The notes under the pieces are model-generated. The model saw only the letters and a list, made by a program, of their open reading frames with translations. It ran no database searches and was not told the DNA's origin. This document shows positions 1 to 11,698 of a stretch of DNA of 64,000 bases, piece by piece. The stretch lies in assembly GCA_030265395.1 (NCBI GenBank), contig JARFYF010000074.1, positions 86,768,288 to 86,832,287 of the forward strand, given 5' to 3'. The stretch is from Rhina ancylostomus. Lineage: Eukaryota. A program made the position numbers and the translations under genes. The number at the start of each line of letters is the position of its first letter. Within the stretch, counting starts at the first letter, position 1.

Positions 1-182
1 GTGGTCTTCTTAAAACATGTGGGAACCTGAGGCTGAAGCAGGGAGAGGTTAATTATGTCTGCAAGTACTTCTGCCAGCTGATCAGCACAAGATCTGAGCA
101 CATGGCCAGGGACACCAGCTGGGCCAGGTGCTTTCCTCGTGTTCACTCTCTGGAAGACTGATCTTACATCCTCAACGGTGAC
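1..182 (-). mobile_element. Rex1/Babar LINE RT fragment
   Basis: The reverse strand reads VTVEDVRSVFQRVNTRKAPGPAGVPGHVLRSCADQLAEVLADIINLSLLQPQVPTCFKKT, homologous to 26170-26345 of the Rex1 copy in this window. Confidence 0.85.
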
Positions 183-1449
183 CACAGTTTAAGTTGCATT
201 GCATTTGTTTTCTGTCATAACAACAACCATTAGATAACTGCCAAAATGTCTAGAAATGGTCATTAATTTATAATTATTCCTTAGGATAAAAACTGTAAAC
301 ATTGGAAAGAAAGAACACAATAAATATTGGATTTAACTCAAGAACTTATATTGTCTTGTATCCAAAATCTAATTTTGCACTTGTGTGGAACTTCTGAGTG
401 CTACATGTAACAAAATAATCAGTGGATATGAAAGGATTGTAAATTTGCTCCTGGTTTTGGTGCACAGAGAAAGTCCTTGTCCCTAGAGACCAGAGAGGCG
501 ATCCTTTCAAGTCCAAGTACAAACAGCTATAGCCACAGGTTCACAGGCACTGTTTTGAATTTTATTCACTTTCAAACTGAGTAAATAAATTCAACATCAA
601 TTATATTTAAAAGAAAACAAATGAATAATCATGAGTGAGGGGTGGAGATCAGCAAAGCAAGATGAGGATGGACTATTAGCACACTTAGGAGAATGGTCCA
701 GAAATGTCTGAACTGGTCATTGAAGAAAAACACTACAAAGTAAGATCTGTTTTGCAAGAATGTAAAAGAACTTGTAAAAGAACTGGGGCTATAACTGTAA
801 AATGCACCATCTTGTGAAAAGGACAATTTCTACAAAGTGACCTGTGATACCAGCCTTACACTCCTTGAGTAAGCTGTACACCACCCAGTGCCTTGACAAT
901 CCTGTGTGCTATTTTTAATGTGTTTGACTTAATAGTACGCTCTTCCTGATGTAGTATGCTGTTTTACCTTTGGGTATCGGAGTTCACTAGGCTAAAATTC
1001 CATGGAGTCACATTAGTCTCATGCATTAATATCAAAGGGAGGTCTATGGAACCCCCTTGAATTGGCAAAGATCTCCTCAGACTGAGCTGAGACCATCTTA
1101 TTTATCATTAATTTTATTTCCTCCTGATAAAGGGTAAATCCTTCTTCTGGAGGAAGGAAAGCAGTCAAGAGACTAAAGTATGGGGCAGGGAATGTCTGTT
1201 GTTTGATTTAGGAAGCAAATAGGAAAGGAATATTATTTTGGTTATTTGCACTAAACATGGCTGCTGGCTGTACTCACCCACATGTCAGTGCAACTGTGTG
1301 TGCTGAGGTGAGATTCTTTCACATATGTTGGCATCGCTGTGATAAAGATATTCGCTGTATCGTTATAAGTTCCAGGATTTTGATCTTATGGTAGAAAACA
1401 AAAGAGTGTTTTTTTTACCATCAGTGTCAAAATGCTGAATGGTTGGAAG

Positions 1450-1770
1450 TCATGGGAACTTATGGCATAGAAGAGCCATTTTGGCTCATTGTGTCCATCC
1501 AGATGAGAAGGGCACTTTGAGCAATCCTTCTTCCCTGATCATAATCCACAGCCCCTTTAGGTTAAAGTGCTCATTGCTCATCCAGGCATGATTTTAATAT
1601 GATGAGTGTTTCTACTTCCACCACTCTTTCAGGCAATGAGTTTCAGACAAACGCCACTCTTTACTTGGAAAAATAAATTCCCAGTTCTTTTATAATCCAT
1701 CCACCCATTACCTAGACCTGTGACCTCTAGTTATTAACTCTTCTGTAAAGGGAAATAGATTCTACCTGTT
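1450..1770 (-). mobile_element. Degenerate CR1 LINE 3' end
   Basis: Contains ccaccactctttcaggcaatgagtttcagac...gaaaaataaattc, the reverse complement of the CR1 C-terminal 'FF..RVV..WN.LP..VV' region. Confidence 0.6.
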
Positions 1771-2693
1771 AGGTCTCCCCCCACCCTCCACTTTCTCACT
1801 CCAATTCAGTCTATGCCTCCCTAACATGAACTTCCAGATGGTACTCTTCTCAGCTGCCTGCTTCCTGGTCCTAGTAGATGGAAGGAATATGGGTACAGAA
1901 GGTGTTATTGATGAGTTGGGTGAGTAATTGCGTTGTATCCTGTAGATCCCAAACCAAAGTGCTCTGATAGTCTGGAGAGTGAATATTTTAATGGGGTCCA
2001 AATATATCCCGACATATTGTTTTATAATAGTATCATGCTTTATTTTTGTACTTTTTAAGTAGTCCTCTCCCATTCAGACTACCTCAGAGACCTGGAAGCA
2101 TGTTCAATGTTACCACAGGTCTGACTACAAATAATACAGAGTTTGGAGAAAGGGCCAAAAATATCAAGGCATGTTTCCTAGCATAATTGTCGATGTTTAA
2201 AGCAGGTCTATACACCACCATTATAACCAACCAGCACTGCCCCTAGTTAAGTCACAGTTTCATCAACCTCCAGAACATGAACACAATGTTACTGAACTTA
2301 CTGCAGCATCACAATGACTGAAAGTGACGCTGGCTTATTTTCCACACATTACTTTATCGTGCTGAGAGTGAGTATTGCTGAACAGTCGAACCTAGGAACA
2401 GAACATCTGGCAACAAGTTTAAATAAACAATGGTTGGACCTTGGTCTGTCTTCTAGCTGAAGATTACTTGAGTTATAAAAACAAGAAATACTCAAAACAC
2501 TTTTCATGTCAGGCAGTGTCTGTGGAAAGAAAGATATAATTAACATTTCAGATTGAAGACAATTTTTCCAAACTGGGAAACCACTTGAGTTATAGAAATG
2601 GATATCGAATGCATTTTACAACACAATGGAACTGTGCAGCCAGATTCACAAAAAGTTGCACATGAATCAACACCAGCCCTTGTCTGTGATTCA

Positions 2694-3455
2694 TTTGGCA
2701 GCACTCCAGCCTTTGAGTCAGAAGGTTCAGGGTTCAAGTAACTTTCCAGAGACTTGAGCACAAAATTCCAAGCTAACATTCTAATTCAGTGCTGAGAAAA
2801 TATCACGTTGTTGGAGAAGCTTATTGTTGGGTGAAATGTTAAGTGAAGGCCTCATTTGCTCTCTCAGATCCCATGACACTGAGGAAGAGGGCAAAGGTTA
2901 TAAGGAGCCAATACCTACCCCTCAATTTTAATGGTTTGTTTGTTATCACCATGCTATGCACAAATTGGCTCCAACATTTGCTACATTACAATACTTCAAA
3001 AAGTACTTCATTGGTTGCAAATTCTTTGTTAGATTCTGTTTTAAATGCTACTAATATCTTACCCAAGTGTTGCATTCTGTCATTGCTGCAATGGAGGTGA
3101 TGTATTTTAGATGAGACCTTAAACAAAAGCCCTCTCAAATTAGCCTAAGAGATCCCACGGCACACTTTGTAGAAGGATGGGGAATATCTATCAAGTGCCC
3201 TGGCTGATTTTCATCCCATGAAGTCACAAAAACATATTTGCCTAGAAAATCTTCCCATTTGATAGCAGTCAATTTGCTATATCGNNNNNNNNNNNNTCAG
3301 TGCCCTGCTTTCATGTGGGAGCTTCTGTGCACATTTTGCCTGTTACATTTCCTTAAAAGTAGCAGTGAAAAAAAACTTCAAAAAATACTTCATTGACTTT
3401 AAATTTCCTTTGGACATCTTGAGACTTAAAAGTTGTGCAAAGGCAAATCTTTTGT
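2694..3455 (+). mobile_element. Two adjacent Deu-domain SINE (SacSINE1/AmnSINE-like) remnants
   Basis: A tRNA-like head (gagtcagaaggttcagggttcaag) is followed by Deu-core-like segments (ggaggtgatgtattttagatgagaccttaaac, gatcccatgacact/gatcccacggcac) and a tail cttcaaaa..tacttcattg that is present twice. Confidence 0.7.
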
Positions 3456-5109
3456 TATACTCATTTAAGTAGTAAATTGCAAACTTTGATTACAATAAAA
3501 AGAGGAATCTAAAGCCCTAGATTTATTTCCAGGAAAAGCCATAATTGAGAAAGACAATGAGATATCAAAAGGGGAGCATTTAAGATCAACCAAAAAGAGC
3601 AGGGGCTTAAAGTATCTTGTGATATGGTGGAGCTGCTAATACTGTTGAATGCTTTTTCCACCCTCTCTCCAAACAATTCACAACAGCAATATATCAATAT
3701 CACTCAAATTTCATGAGTTAGCCCACTTACATAATTTTTCCCAGATCCAGTTGGAAGTTTTGGCATATAAATGGAATATTCTAGTCAAGGGAATAGAAAG
3801 CTCTATTCAAATGGTTTTTAAAAGAGTGGGCCAATTAAAGTGCTGTAACAGGGGACAGAAAAGCTGGATGCATTTTGAAAGCCTCAAAAGTCATTTCTGA
3901 CCAGTAGTAGCTATTGCCAGAGCTAAATGAGGAATGTTATATTTTTGGGATGCATTTTCTACAACACTGAACTGGCAGCAGACTCTAAGCTGAAGATAGG
4001 AGCATCAAAACAAGGGTGTGCACTTCGCTGTAGCTTATTGGCAAGGCATTCATGGTGCTAATGCCTTTTATGCACATAATTATGTCATTATGTTCTATAT
4101 CTAATGACTTATTTATATATTGTGATTAAATAAACTACAGGGAGTGTGTTATGAAGCCATAAGTAACAGTACAAAATTAAGACTTCTTGTCTGATGACAA
4201 TTGTACTGGAAGAAGTGAATGCAAGCACCATCCTTATAAGATTAAATGATAACATATTGGGAAGGAGGTAAACCTGGAATGAATCCACAGCTGACTAAAA
4301 CTTCCACTGGCTGTGCCAGATCTGTTGTCTGTATTAGCAGCAAGTGTCCATCCAACAAATGGCACAGCTCTTCATTTGGTTCTTTGTTCAACTGAGCTTG
4401 TGAAGAAAGTTCCCTCTATTTATGACAGTGCTTGCAAGTAAGGAGTGAAGATCTAACAGAAGTTGGCAAATGAACGGCAGGCTCTATGCTATTCTCCGGT
4501 AAGAGAGCTGGCCACTTTTAACTCTGCAGCCTCAAAAACATCATTTGCACCCCACTCTTGCTAAAACTTAGCAATACTGAATGGGGACCAGAAGTCTGCA
4601 ATGGATGGGAAATCACACAGGGATTCAAATTTATTAGCTGTTCCCTCTGTTGCAGGGGTCAAAAGACAATTTACGGAGACCACAATACCACTCAAACCTA
4701 CTAGCTATAACTCTTATCCTCCTTGCATCAGTGTTGTTCCTCCCATTCAACACTTTTTCAAAGGCATCACAATTATGTCGGGTGACAAATCACAAATGCT
4801 CTAATTGTCATTAATTGATTAAATTAGCAATCAATTAACTGATTGACAAAACGTGTCTAAACCAAAAACTGGCAAATCCCATTAATAAGGAAGAAATATC
4901 ACAAACTTTTCTCAATGAACATTTGAAAATCAAATAAATATTACAAAACATATCAACCAACACTTGAATGGTGACTAAGCTAATTTCAGATACCATTTTC
5001 TTCCTTCTCTCAAGTATATGTATACAACAATGTAGCAATTAGGAAGAAATATTTCCTTTTGGAAAATTCTTCATGTAGCTTGCCCACAGGGTAGATTATT
5101 TACTGGAAA

Positions 5110-5785
5110 AAAGGCATTCAGAATTTGCGGAATACCTGTAACTATAGCACAACCATGGTTTATAAAGGCTGAGCAAAAAGATTGTGACACTGTTCCAGTC
5201 AAGAAGGGAGTGAAACAGGGTGATCCTCTCTCACCATTCCTGTTCAATATATAAAATATATAAGATATCTTTATTAGTCACATGTACATCGAAACACACA
5301 GTGAAATGCATCTTTTGCGTAGAATGTTCTNNNNNNNNNNNNNNNNNNNNNNNNNNNNNNNNNNNNNNNNNNNNNNNNNNNNNNNNNNNNNNNNNNNNNN
5401 NNNNNNNNNNNNNNNNNNNNNNNNNNNNNNTTTGGAATGTGGGAGGAAACCGGAGCACCTGGAGGAAACCCACACAGGCACGGGGAGAACGTACAAACTC
5501 CTTACAGACAGCGGCCGGAATTGAACCCGGGTTGCTGGTGCTATAAAGCGTTATGCTAACTGCTACACTACCGTGCCTGCCCATCTCTGCCAATATTGCC
5601 ATGGACTCCCTCGTTTGCTCATCAAAGGAGGCAATCATGGGTCTTAGATCATAATGAAGTATCTAACATTAGCCTTTGCCAGTGATACTGTGATTATCAA
5701 TGATTCCTATGCAGGGATGGTGAAAACCATCAACAATTTTTAGTCCTTCCGCAAAAACATGTTAAAATCAATAGTAAGAAAATCT
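5110..5785 (+). mobile_element. Fossil R2/NeSL-like non-LTR RT fragment interrupted by a SINE
   Basis: With the SINE removed, the frame reads VPVKKGVKQGDPLSPFLFNI|AMDSL, and further on TLAFASDTVII (a decayed LAFADD). These are RT core motifs with stops and frameshifts. Confidence 0.7.
5251..5590 (-). mobile_element. tRNA-derived V-SINE with Rex1-like tail, 6-bp TSD
   Basis: Reverse complement of the 36459-36760 element, with an internal gap. It is flanked by CAATAT at 5245-5250 and 5591-5596. Confidence 0.9.
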
Positions 5786-7409
5786 GCCAGTAGCAGCTCA
5801 CTGCAGATCCTGCAGTTGCTGCATCATTCCCATGTTAACCACTGGGTGAGTCAGATCCTTCATGAACACTCCCTGTGGCTGCCAGAATAAAGGGTGCCAT
5901 TTTTAGTGACCAGGAGAACACTGTATGGGCACCCTCCACACAATGGTCTGGCCCAAAGGGCATTGTGTAAAAATGGTCCCAAGCTACTGCAAGGCACTGG
6001 ATTATCAAGAGGCCAGTGATCGCAGCATCTTGCACTTAAGTGCTTGTACAGAGATGCTATGATTTTTGCAGGTGATGCCTGTGGACAGAACTGCAGCAGA
6101 AAACAATGATTGAGGCAGAGTCTGTGGAGCAGAACATCAGTGTTGCAGGAGGACTCTTTAATTTGAGTAACAAAGCTGTTTTGCTGTGGGATTTTCTCCT
6201 TGTTTTACTGTACATTACAAATGAAGGCCATGCATTTCACAATATTGCTCCAATTTCTGTTAGTGAATCAGACATTAGTGCTTAATACAATTTGTACATA
6301 AAGATACAGGCACATGAGATCAATTTCTAGACTTCAGATTCCATTGGTTTTGTTATCTATATTATAATCTGTGTTTCATTGAGGAACACCTTTATTACAA
6401 CAGTGATTGGCTTGATTGCCAGTCTGCATTGATATCTTGGTTTACCATCTGATTGTAACCAACAAGGGGAATAAATTTGTTATGATTCCTAATCAGATGT
6501 TATTCAGTGGCATCTGATGAAAATGCTTGTATACCATAGGTGGCAAATTGGCAGTAATATCTCATGATTGAATAGTCTCCCTATCTGGTTTCAGACATGC
6601 AGAATGGTCAAAGGAGCAAAATATTGTACAATATCTGTGGAAGCAATCAGTGCATGCCTTCATGTGAGGATGACATTGGAAAGAAAGCAATGGAGTTAAT
6701 CCAGCTATTCTTTCTCCCGAAGTACATGTCAAACACTTCAGGAGACTGCACACTGTTAAAACATGTTACCCTCTGAATTAGTGTTTACCAATAAAAGAGG
6801 GATATAACAGATTGCCATTCCAGCCTATAATGTTCAACATGAGTAACTTACTTATATTCAGTCTTAGATTGGTATCTCACATTAAAGCGATAGGAATTCC
6901 ATATTTTTGACATGGGTGGAAAGTGATTCTTACAGACTGGAGACACCTGTACTGTGTTTTACTCTCACAAATTAATAAAAGCATAAATGTGCTTTGGTGT
7001 GAAGTGAGTATTTTGCTCATTTTTTTCTAAATCTAAAAAGGTGATAAAGCAGCTTTGTTCCACAGAGCACGAGAAGTTAAGTCTGGGAGAAATGGAATGC
7101 CAGATAGTGATCAGGTCTTTGAAGGTTAGTTTGATTTGGCACAGTGTGCTTTCTAACTGAATTCTGTTATCTCTGTGACTCACACACATCTTCATGCATG
7201 AACATAATAAATTTTCATTGCCCATCCTTCTGTTCAAACAGAGGAATATCCCAGTGGACTAGTAGGCTTTCACAATGTTTGCAAAACATTACAAATCCTT
7301 TAGGAATTCTGGCTGAGAAGTTGGATCACATTTATATCAACAACAGTTCCCACTTATACAGATTTTGATAAGACCAACTTCAGACAAAATCTGACATTGT
7401 GCCATATGA

Positions 7410-7626
7410 GCTGCACTGTGGCACAGCTAGTAGAGCTACCACCTAACAGTTCTGGTGACCTGCATTCGATCCTGACCTCCATTGTGTCTGTGTGGAGTTT
7501 AACCTTCTCTCTGTGGGTTTCCACCCGGTGATCCAGAAATGTGGGGAGAATAAATAAAAATGGGATCAGTGTAAATGAGTGGTTGATGTTTTGGTGGAGT
7601 GAAGGCCCTGCTTCTATGCCGTGTGG
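7410..7626 (+). mobile_element. V-SINE (HE1-like, CR1-type tail), degenerate
   Basis: A box (gtggcacagctagtag), B box (ttcgatcc), V-domain start tgtctgtgtggagttt...gtgggtttcc and tail gaaggccctgcttctatgccgtg. Confidence 0.7.
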
Positions 7627-7815
7627 CATTATCAGGAGGTGGCCAAAAGAGGTAGATCTTAAGGAGTGTCGTAATGAGAAAAGAGAGGAGAGAGCTTTAA
7701 GGAGGAACACTTCAATGCCCAATTTTCCCCAACAAACAGGTTCCAGATGTTCATTTCAGTGAAAACTGGAATGAATACTACAGGAACAACTTAACCCATC
7801 ACAGTTGATGGGAAT

Positions 7816-8157
7816 TTTTTTTACCAAAATAAACTTTATTCATAATAAAAGTCAAACTATATACAATTATAACACAGCGTAAGCCTTTACATTCTTGTAC
7901 AGATCAATCATTAGTGTTACCTTTTTATATAAAAAACACAGCACCGATGCCACGCGTGTGGCTCCCTAGGGGCTGCCCAGTCCCGTATTTACAATATTTA
8001 AGGGGCTTTGTCGCCTGACCCCGCCCCTCCCTCTCCAGTGGCAGAAGAACCCCAAACTGTGGTCCTTCCCCATCGAGCCCTTGCGTTGGCTGCACACAGA
8101 TTCAGTGCGTCCCTCAGCACATACCCCTGCGGCCTTGAATGTGCATTCCCCTACGGC
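7816..8157 (-). mobile_element. Tx1/L1-clade LINE 3' end, 5'-truncated, with poly(A) and TSD
   Basis: The reverse strand encodes YVLRDALNLCAANARARWGRTTV (ORF2 C-terminus), followed by a 3'UTR with AATAAA and a short poly(A). TSD TGATGGGAAT at 7806-7815 and 8158-8167. Confidence 0.8.
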
Positions 8158-9222
8158 TGATGGGAATGTTCTGAGAATGAGAAGGAGGTGCCAGAGGGCA
8201 CAATTCTGTATTCAGGCACTGTTCCTGCCTCCCAATATCCTAATTCCCCTTTCACAGTCACTGAGGGCAGCTGCTCCAGCTCTGCTTTACATTGTAAGGT
8301 CACAGTCCATTTCTGCCAGCGGCAATACTCATATCAAAGGTATCCGGAAACCTTCATAAAGTCAAACATTGCAGCAGAACCTGGCAGCAGCCTTTACAGT
8401 GCTCAGGCCAGGCCATAGGGAGGGTACAGGCTGAGTGTTGCATAGGATTCCTCGTGCATCCCTTGCAGCATTTGCCCCACCCACCAGTCCTGATAAAACA
8501 CAGGCTGGTTTGAGACAGGACACAACAGGCCGCAATTAAATGTTAAAGTGAAGCTCAGAGGAGATTGCTGTCTGAACTCCACTCTCCCCAACCATGTCCT
8601 GAGTCAAAGCAACTCCTCAATTTTTGTTTTCTCTGGGCACTCCTGAGTAAACGATGCCGCTTAGTGTGCAGATAGAGAGATGCATGGCCTCAGCAGAATC
8701 ATTTGTGGAGATCCTGGGAACTCTACTCTGGTGGGATTAAAGTCTATTAAACAATCTTTATGCCACAGATTAAATCACTGATTAATAGAGCGTGTGGCCA
8801 ACCAAAATAAACAGGAATTCAGCACTGAATCTCTGACATCGCAGTTGCGTCTGGTAAAAAATGCATGAGATTTATACTGTTAATTAGATTCTGCTACATT
8901 GTACATGTTGCAAGCTGACTTTTGTGGTGCTTTTGAGTTAAGTTTGACAAAATCTCAGTGTACTTCTCATCAGTTTTCACTTATCATATTGTTCAATAAT
9001 TTATTTCTCCTACATATTCTGAATTGTGTTATTGTTTCATATAATTGGCGTGTTAATTTGGCCCTTTGAATTAACAAAGTCTTAATCATCTTTGTTGTGT
9101 TCCTAATGGTTTCTCCACTTCCTTCAACATTAACTGTATATTCCTTTTCCCACCAGCTTCCTCCTTACAGTCAGGCTGTAATCGTAACCAAGGATGAAGT
9201 AGTGATGGGTGTATGAAGTACA

Positions 9223-9788
9223 CCATAAGACCAAAAGATATAGGAGCAGAATTAGGCCATTCAGCCCATCGAGTCTGCTCCGTCATTCATTCATGGCTGA
9301 TTTTTTTCCAACCCCATTGTCCTGCCTTCTCCCCGTAACCCTTAGCCCCCTTACTAATCAGGAACTATTAATTTCTGCCTTAAATACACCCAGTGACTTG
9401 GCCTCCACAGCCCTCTTGTGACAATGAATTCCACAGGTTCACCTTCCTCTGGCTGAAGAAATTCCTCCTCATCTTAGTTTTAAAGAGACATTCCTTTATT
9501 CTGAGGCTGTGCCCTCAGATCCTAGACTCTCCTACTAATGGAAACATCCTTTCAACGTCCACTCTTTCTAGGATTTTCAGTGTCTGGTAGGTTTCAATCA
9601 GATTCCGCGNNNNNNNNNNNNNNNNNNNNNNNNNNNNNNNNNNNNNNNNNNNNNNNNNNNNNNNNNNNNNNNNNNNNNNNNNNNNNNNNNNNNNNNNNNN
9701 NNNNNNNNNCCGCGCCCCCCCCCCCCCCATCCTTCTGAAGTCCAAGTACAGGCCCAAAGACATGAAACACTCTTCGTATATTAAGCAA
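9223..9788 (-). mobile_element. CR1 (HER1-like) LINE 3' end
   Basis: The reverse strand gives ..NLIETYQTLKILERVDVERMFPLVGESR.. plus the typical tail gggctgaatggcctaattctgctcctatatct. Contains an N gap. Confidence 0.85.
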
Positions 9789-9924
9789 GGATCTCCTGAG
9801 CTATTTCTATGCTTCCTTCCCGCAGAACATTGAGTGGGTGGGTATCTGCATGCGTGCTGGCCACTCTGCCTGAAAATATGGTGCCCTCACCATTACCAGG
9901 AAATTGTGGCACCATGTATTACAG

Positions 9925-10215
9925 CTCCAGGGATCTGTGTGGAGTTTACACGTCATCTCTGTGACCTCGTGAGCATCCTCCAAGTGCTCCAGTTTCCTCC
10001 TAGATCCCAAAGACTTGCTGGTAGGTTAGTTGGCACCTATAAATTATTGCTTAGGTCAATGGCAGAAAGAAATAGAGGAGAGTTGATGGGTGTGTGAGAG
10101 AGAATATGCTGCAGGGATACAGGGAAATAGGAAGAAGGGGAATGGAACTAATAGGAGTAATCCCCTGGGAGCCAGTATGGGTGAAAAGGCCTCCTACTGT
10201 GTCATTAAAAGTGTA
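9925..10215 (+). mobile_element. Degenerate V-SINE with CR1-type tail
   Basis: V domain tctgtgtggagtttacacgtc...gtgctccagtttcctcc..atcccaaagac and tail gggtgaaaaggcctcctactgtgtc. Confidence 0.65.
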
Positions 10216-10683
10216 AGGTGCCCGATTTTTCATCCTTTTTATCTTAGAATCTCTAAAGATACCACCTGTGCAGGATAAACCCATACCCCAGTTCAACCCT
10301 GCACAGGGATGCCCCTCTGCAATGGGGGAGGGAAAGGAGGTCTGTCAACATGTCTGACACCATCAACTCTATCCAAAGACTGGCACTGCTGTGGTTATAC
10401 CAGCTGGGTAAGAAACATGCATTTAACGTGGAGAGACACTTGGCTTGAGCAGTTTGCAATTAGACCAAAGGGTTGGGAAGCTTGTGTGCCAGCTGCCTAG
10501 AGGGAGAGGTTACACATTTTTACTGCACTTCACTGCCCAATTTTCCCAGAAAAACAGGTTCCAGATGTTCATCTCACTGAAAACTGGAATGGATACTGAA
10601 GGATGAATTTAACCAATCAAAACCAATAGGAATGTTTTGGGAAAGGGACTGAGGTGCCTGAGGGTTGTGCAGTACAGCATTCA

Positions 10684-10942
10684 AAACCCGAGAATCAAAA
10701 AAAAACTGGACGTCTGAAATAAAAACAGAAATTGCTGAAAACTCTCAGCAGGTCAGGCAGCAGAGAAACAATTAACGTTTCAGGGCGAAGGTCCTTCATC
10801 AGAACTGAGGAAGAAAGAAAGTCTTGGGCACAAGACTTCCTCTTTCTCAGTTCTGATGATAGGTCTTCAACCTGAAATGTTAACTTTTTCTCCTTCCACA
10901 GATGCTGCCAGACCTGCTGAGCGTTTCTGTCATTTTCTGTTT
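10684..10942. mobile_element. Palindromic Penelope-derived element with two inverted minimal hammerhead motifs, 7-bp TSD
   Basis: Imperfect inverted repeat centred on aagtcttg-ggca-caagactt. CTGATGA...GAAA cores lie on the + strand (10848-10884) and the - strand (10768-10807). TSD GCATTCA at 10677-10683 and 10943-10949. Confidence 0.8.
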
Positions 10943-11462
10943 GCATTCAGCAGCTATTCCTGTCTCCCAGCATTGTAGCCCCTCTTTAACAGTCAGTGAG
11001 GGTTCTGCCTTACATGGGTCAGGACAACAATGGAGGAGCACATATCAAAAAGTTGCTTCCCATGTGGATGTATTTGGAAATGCTTGGTGCTTTGTCCGGC
11101 CTGTCTGACAAGTTGCAAGGGATGGGAAGGATCATAAGGTCCACCTCCAACCTCTCATTTTGACTTCTTGTGGAGATACAAGGCCATTATTTTCAGTACA
11201 GAAGTGGTGAGCACCTCACTGGTGGGCAACTTGAACATTCCCATGGGGCAGCACCTGATGGATCAGGTTCCTGCTTCACTAAGTCTCAGAGAGACATCCA
11301 AAGTCTTTGTGTTTCATGGACTCTCGCTGTTCCATTCAGCAGTTCTTGTTGTCACCAGCAGGTGATTATAAAGGATGCCAGCTGAAACCACAGTGTTGTT
11401 GCTGAGAAGCAGAGTACTCTCATGTATTAACTGATGATCAGAATTGGGTTGGGTTGGGTTGG

Positions 11463-11698
11463 GTCAATACGGTAGTGCAGCAGTTAGTGTAACGCTATTA
11501 CAGCACCAGCGATCATGGTTCAATTCCCGCTGCTGTCTGTAAGGAATTTGTACGTTCTCCCCGTGACTGCGTGGGTTTCCTCCAGGTACTCCTGTTTCCT
11601 CCCACATTCCAAAGACGTATGGGTTAGTAGGTGTAATTGGGTGGTGCGGGCTCATTGGGCTGAAAGTTATCGTGCTGGATAAATAAAGTTTTAAAGTA
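11463..11698 (+). mobile_element. tRNA-derived V-SINE (short-tail variant)
   Basis: A box cggtagtgcagcagttag, B box ggttcaattcc, a complete V domain, and an end gggctgaaagttatcgtgctggataaataaag. Confidence 0.85.
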
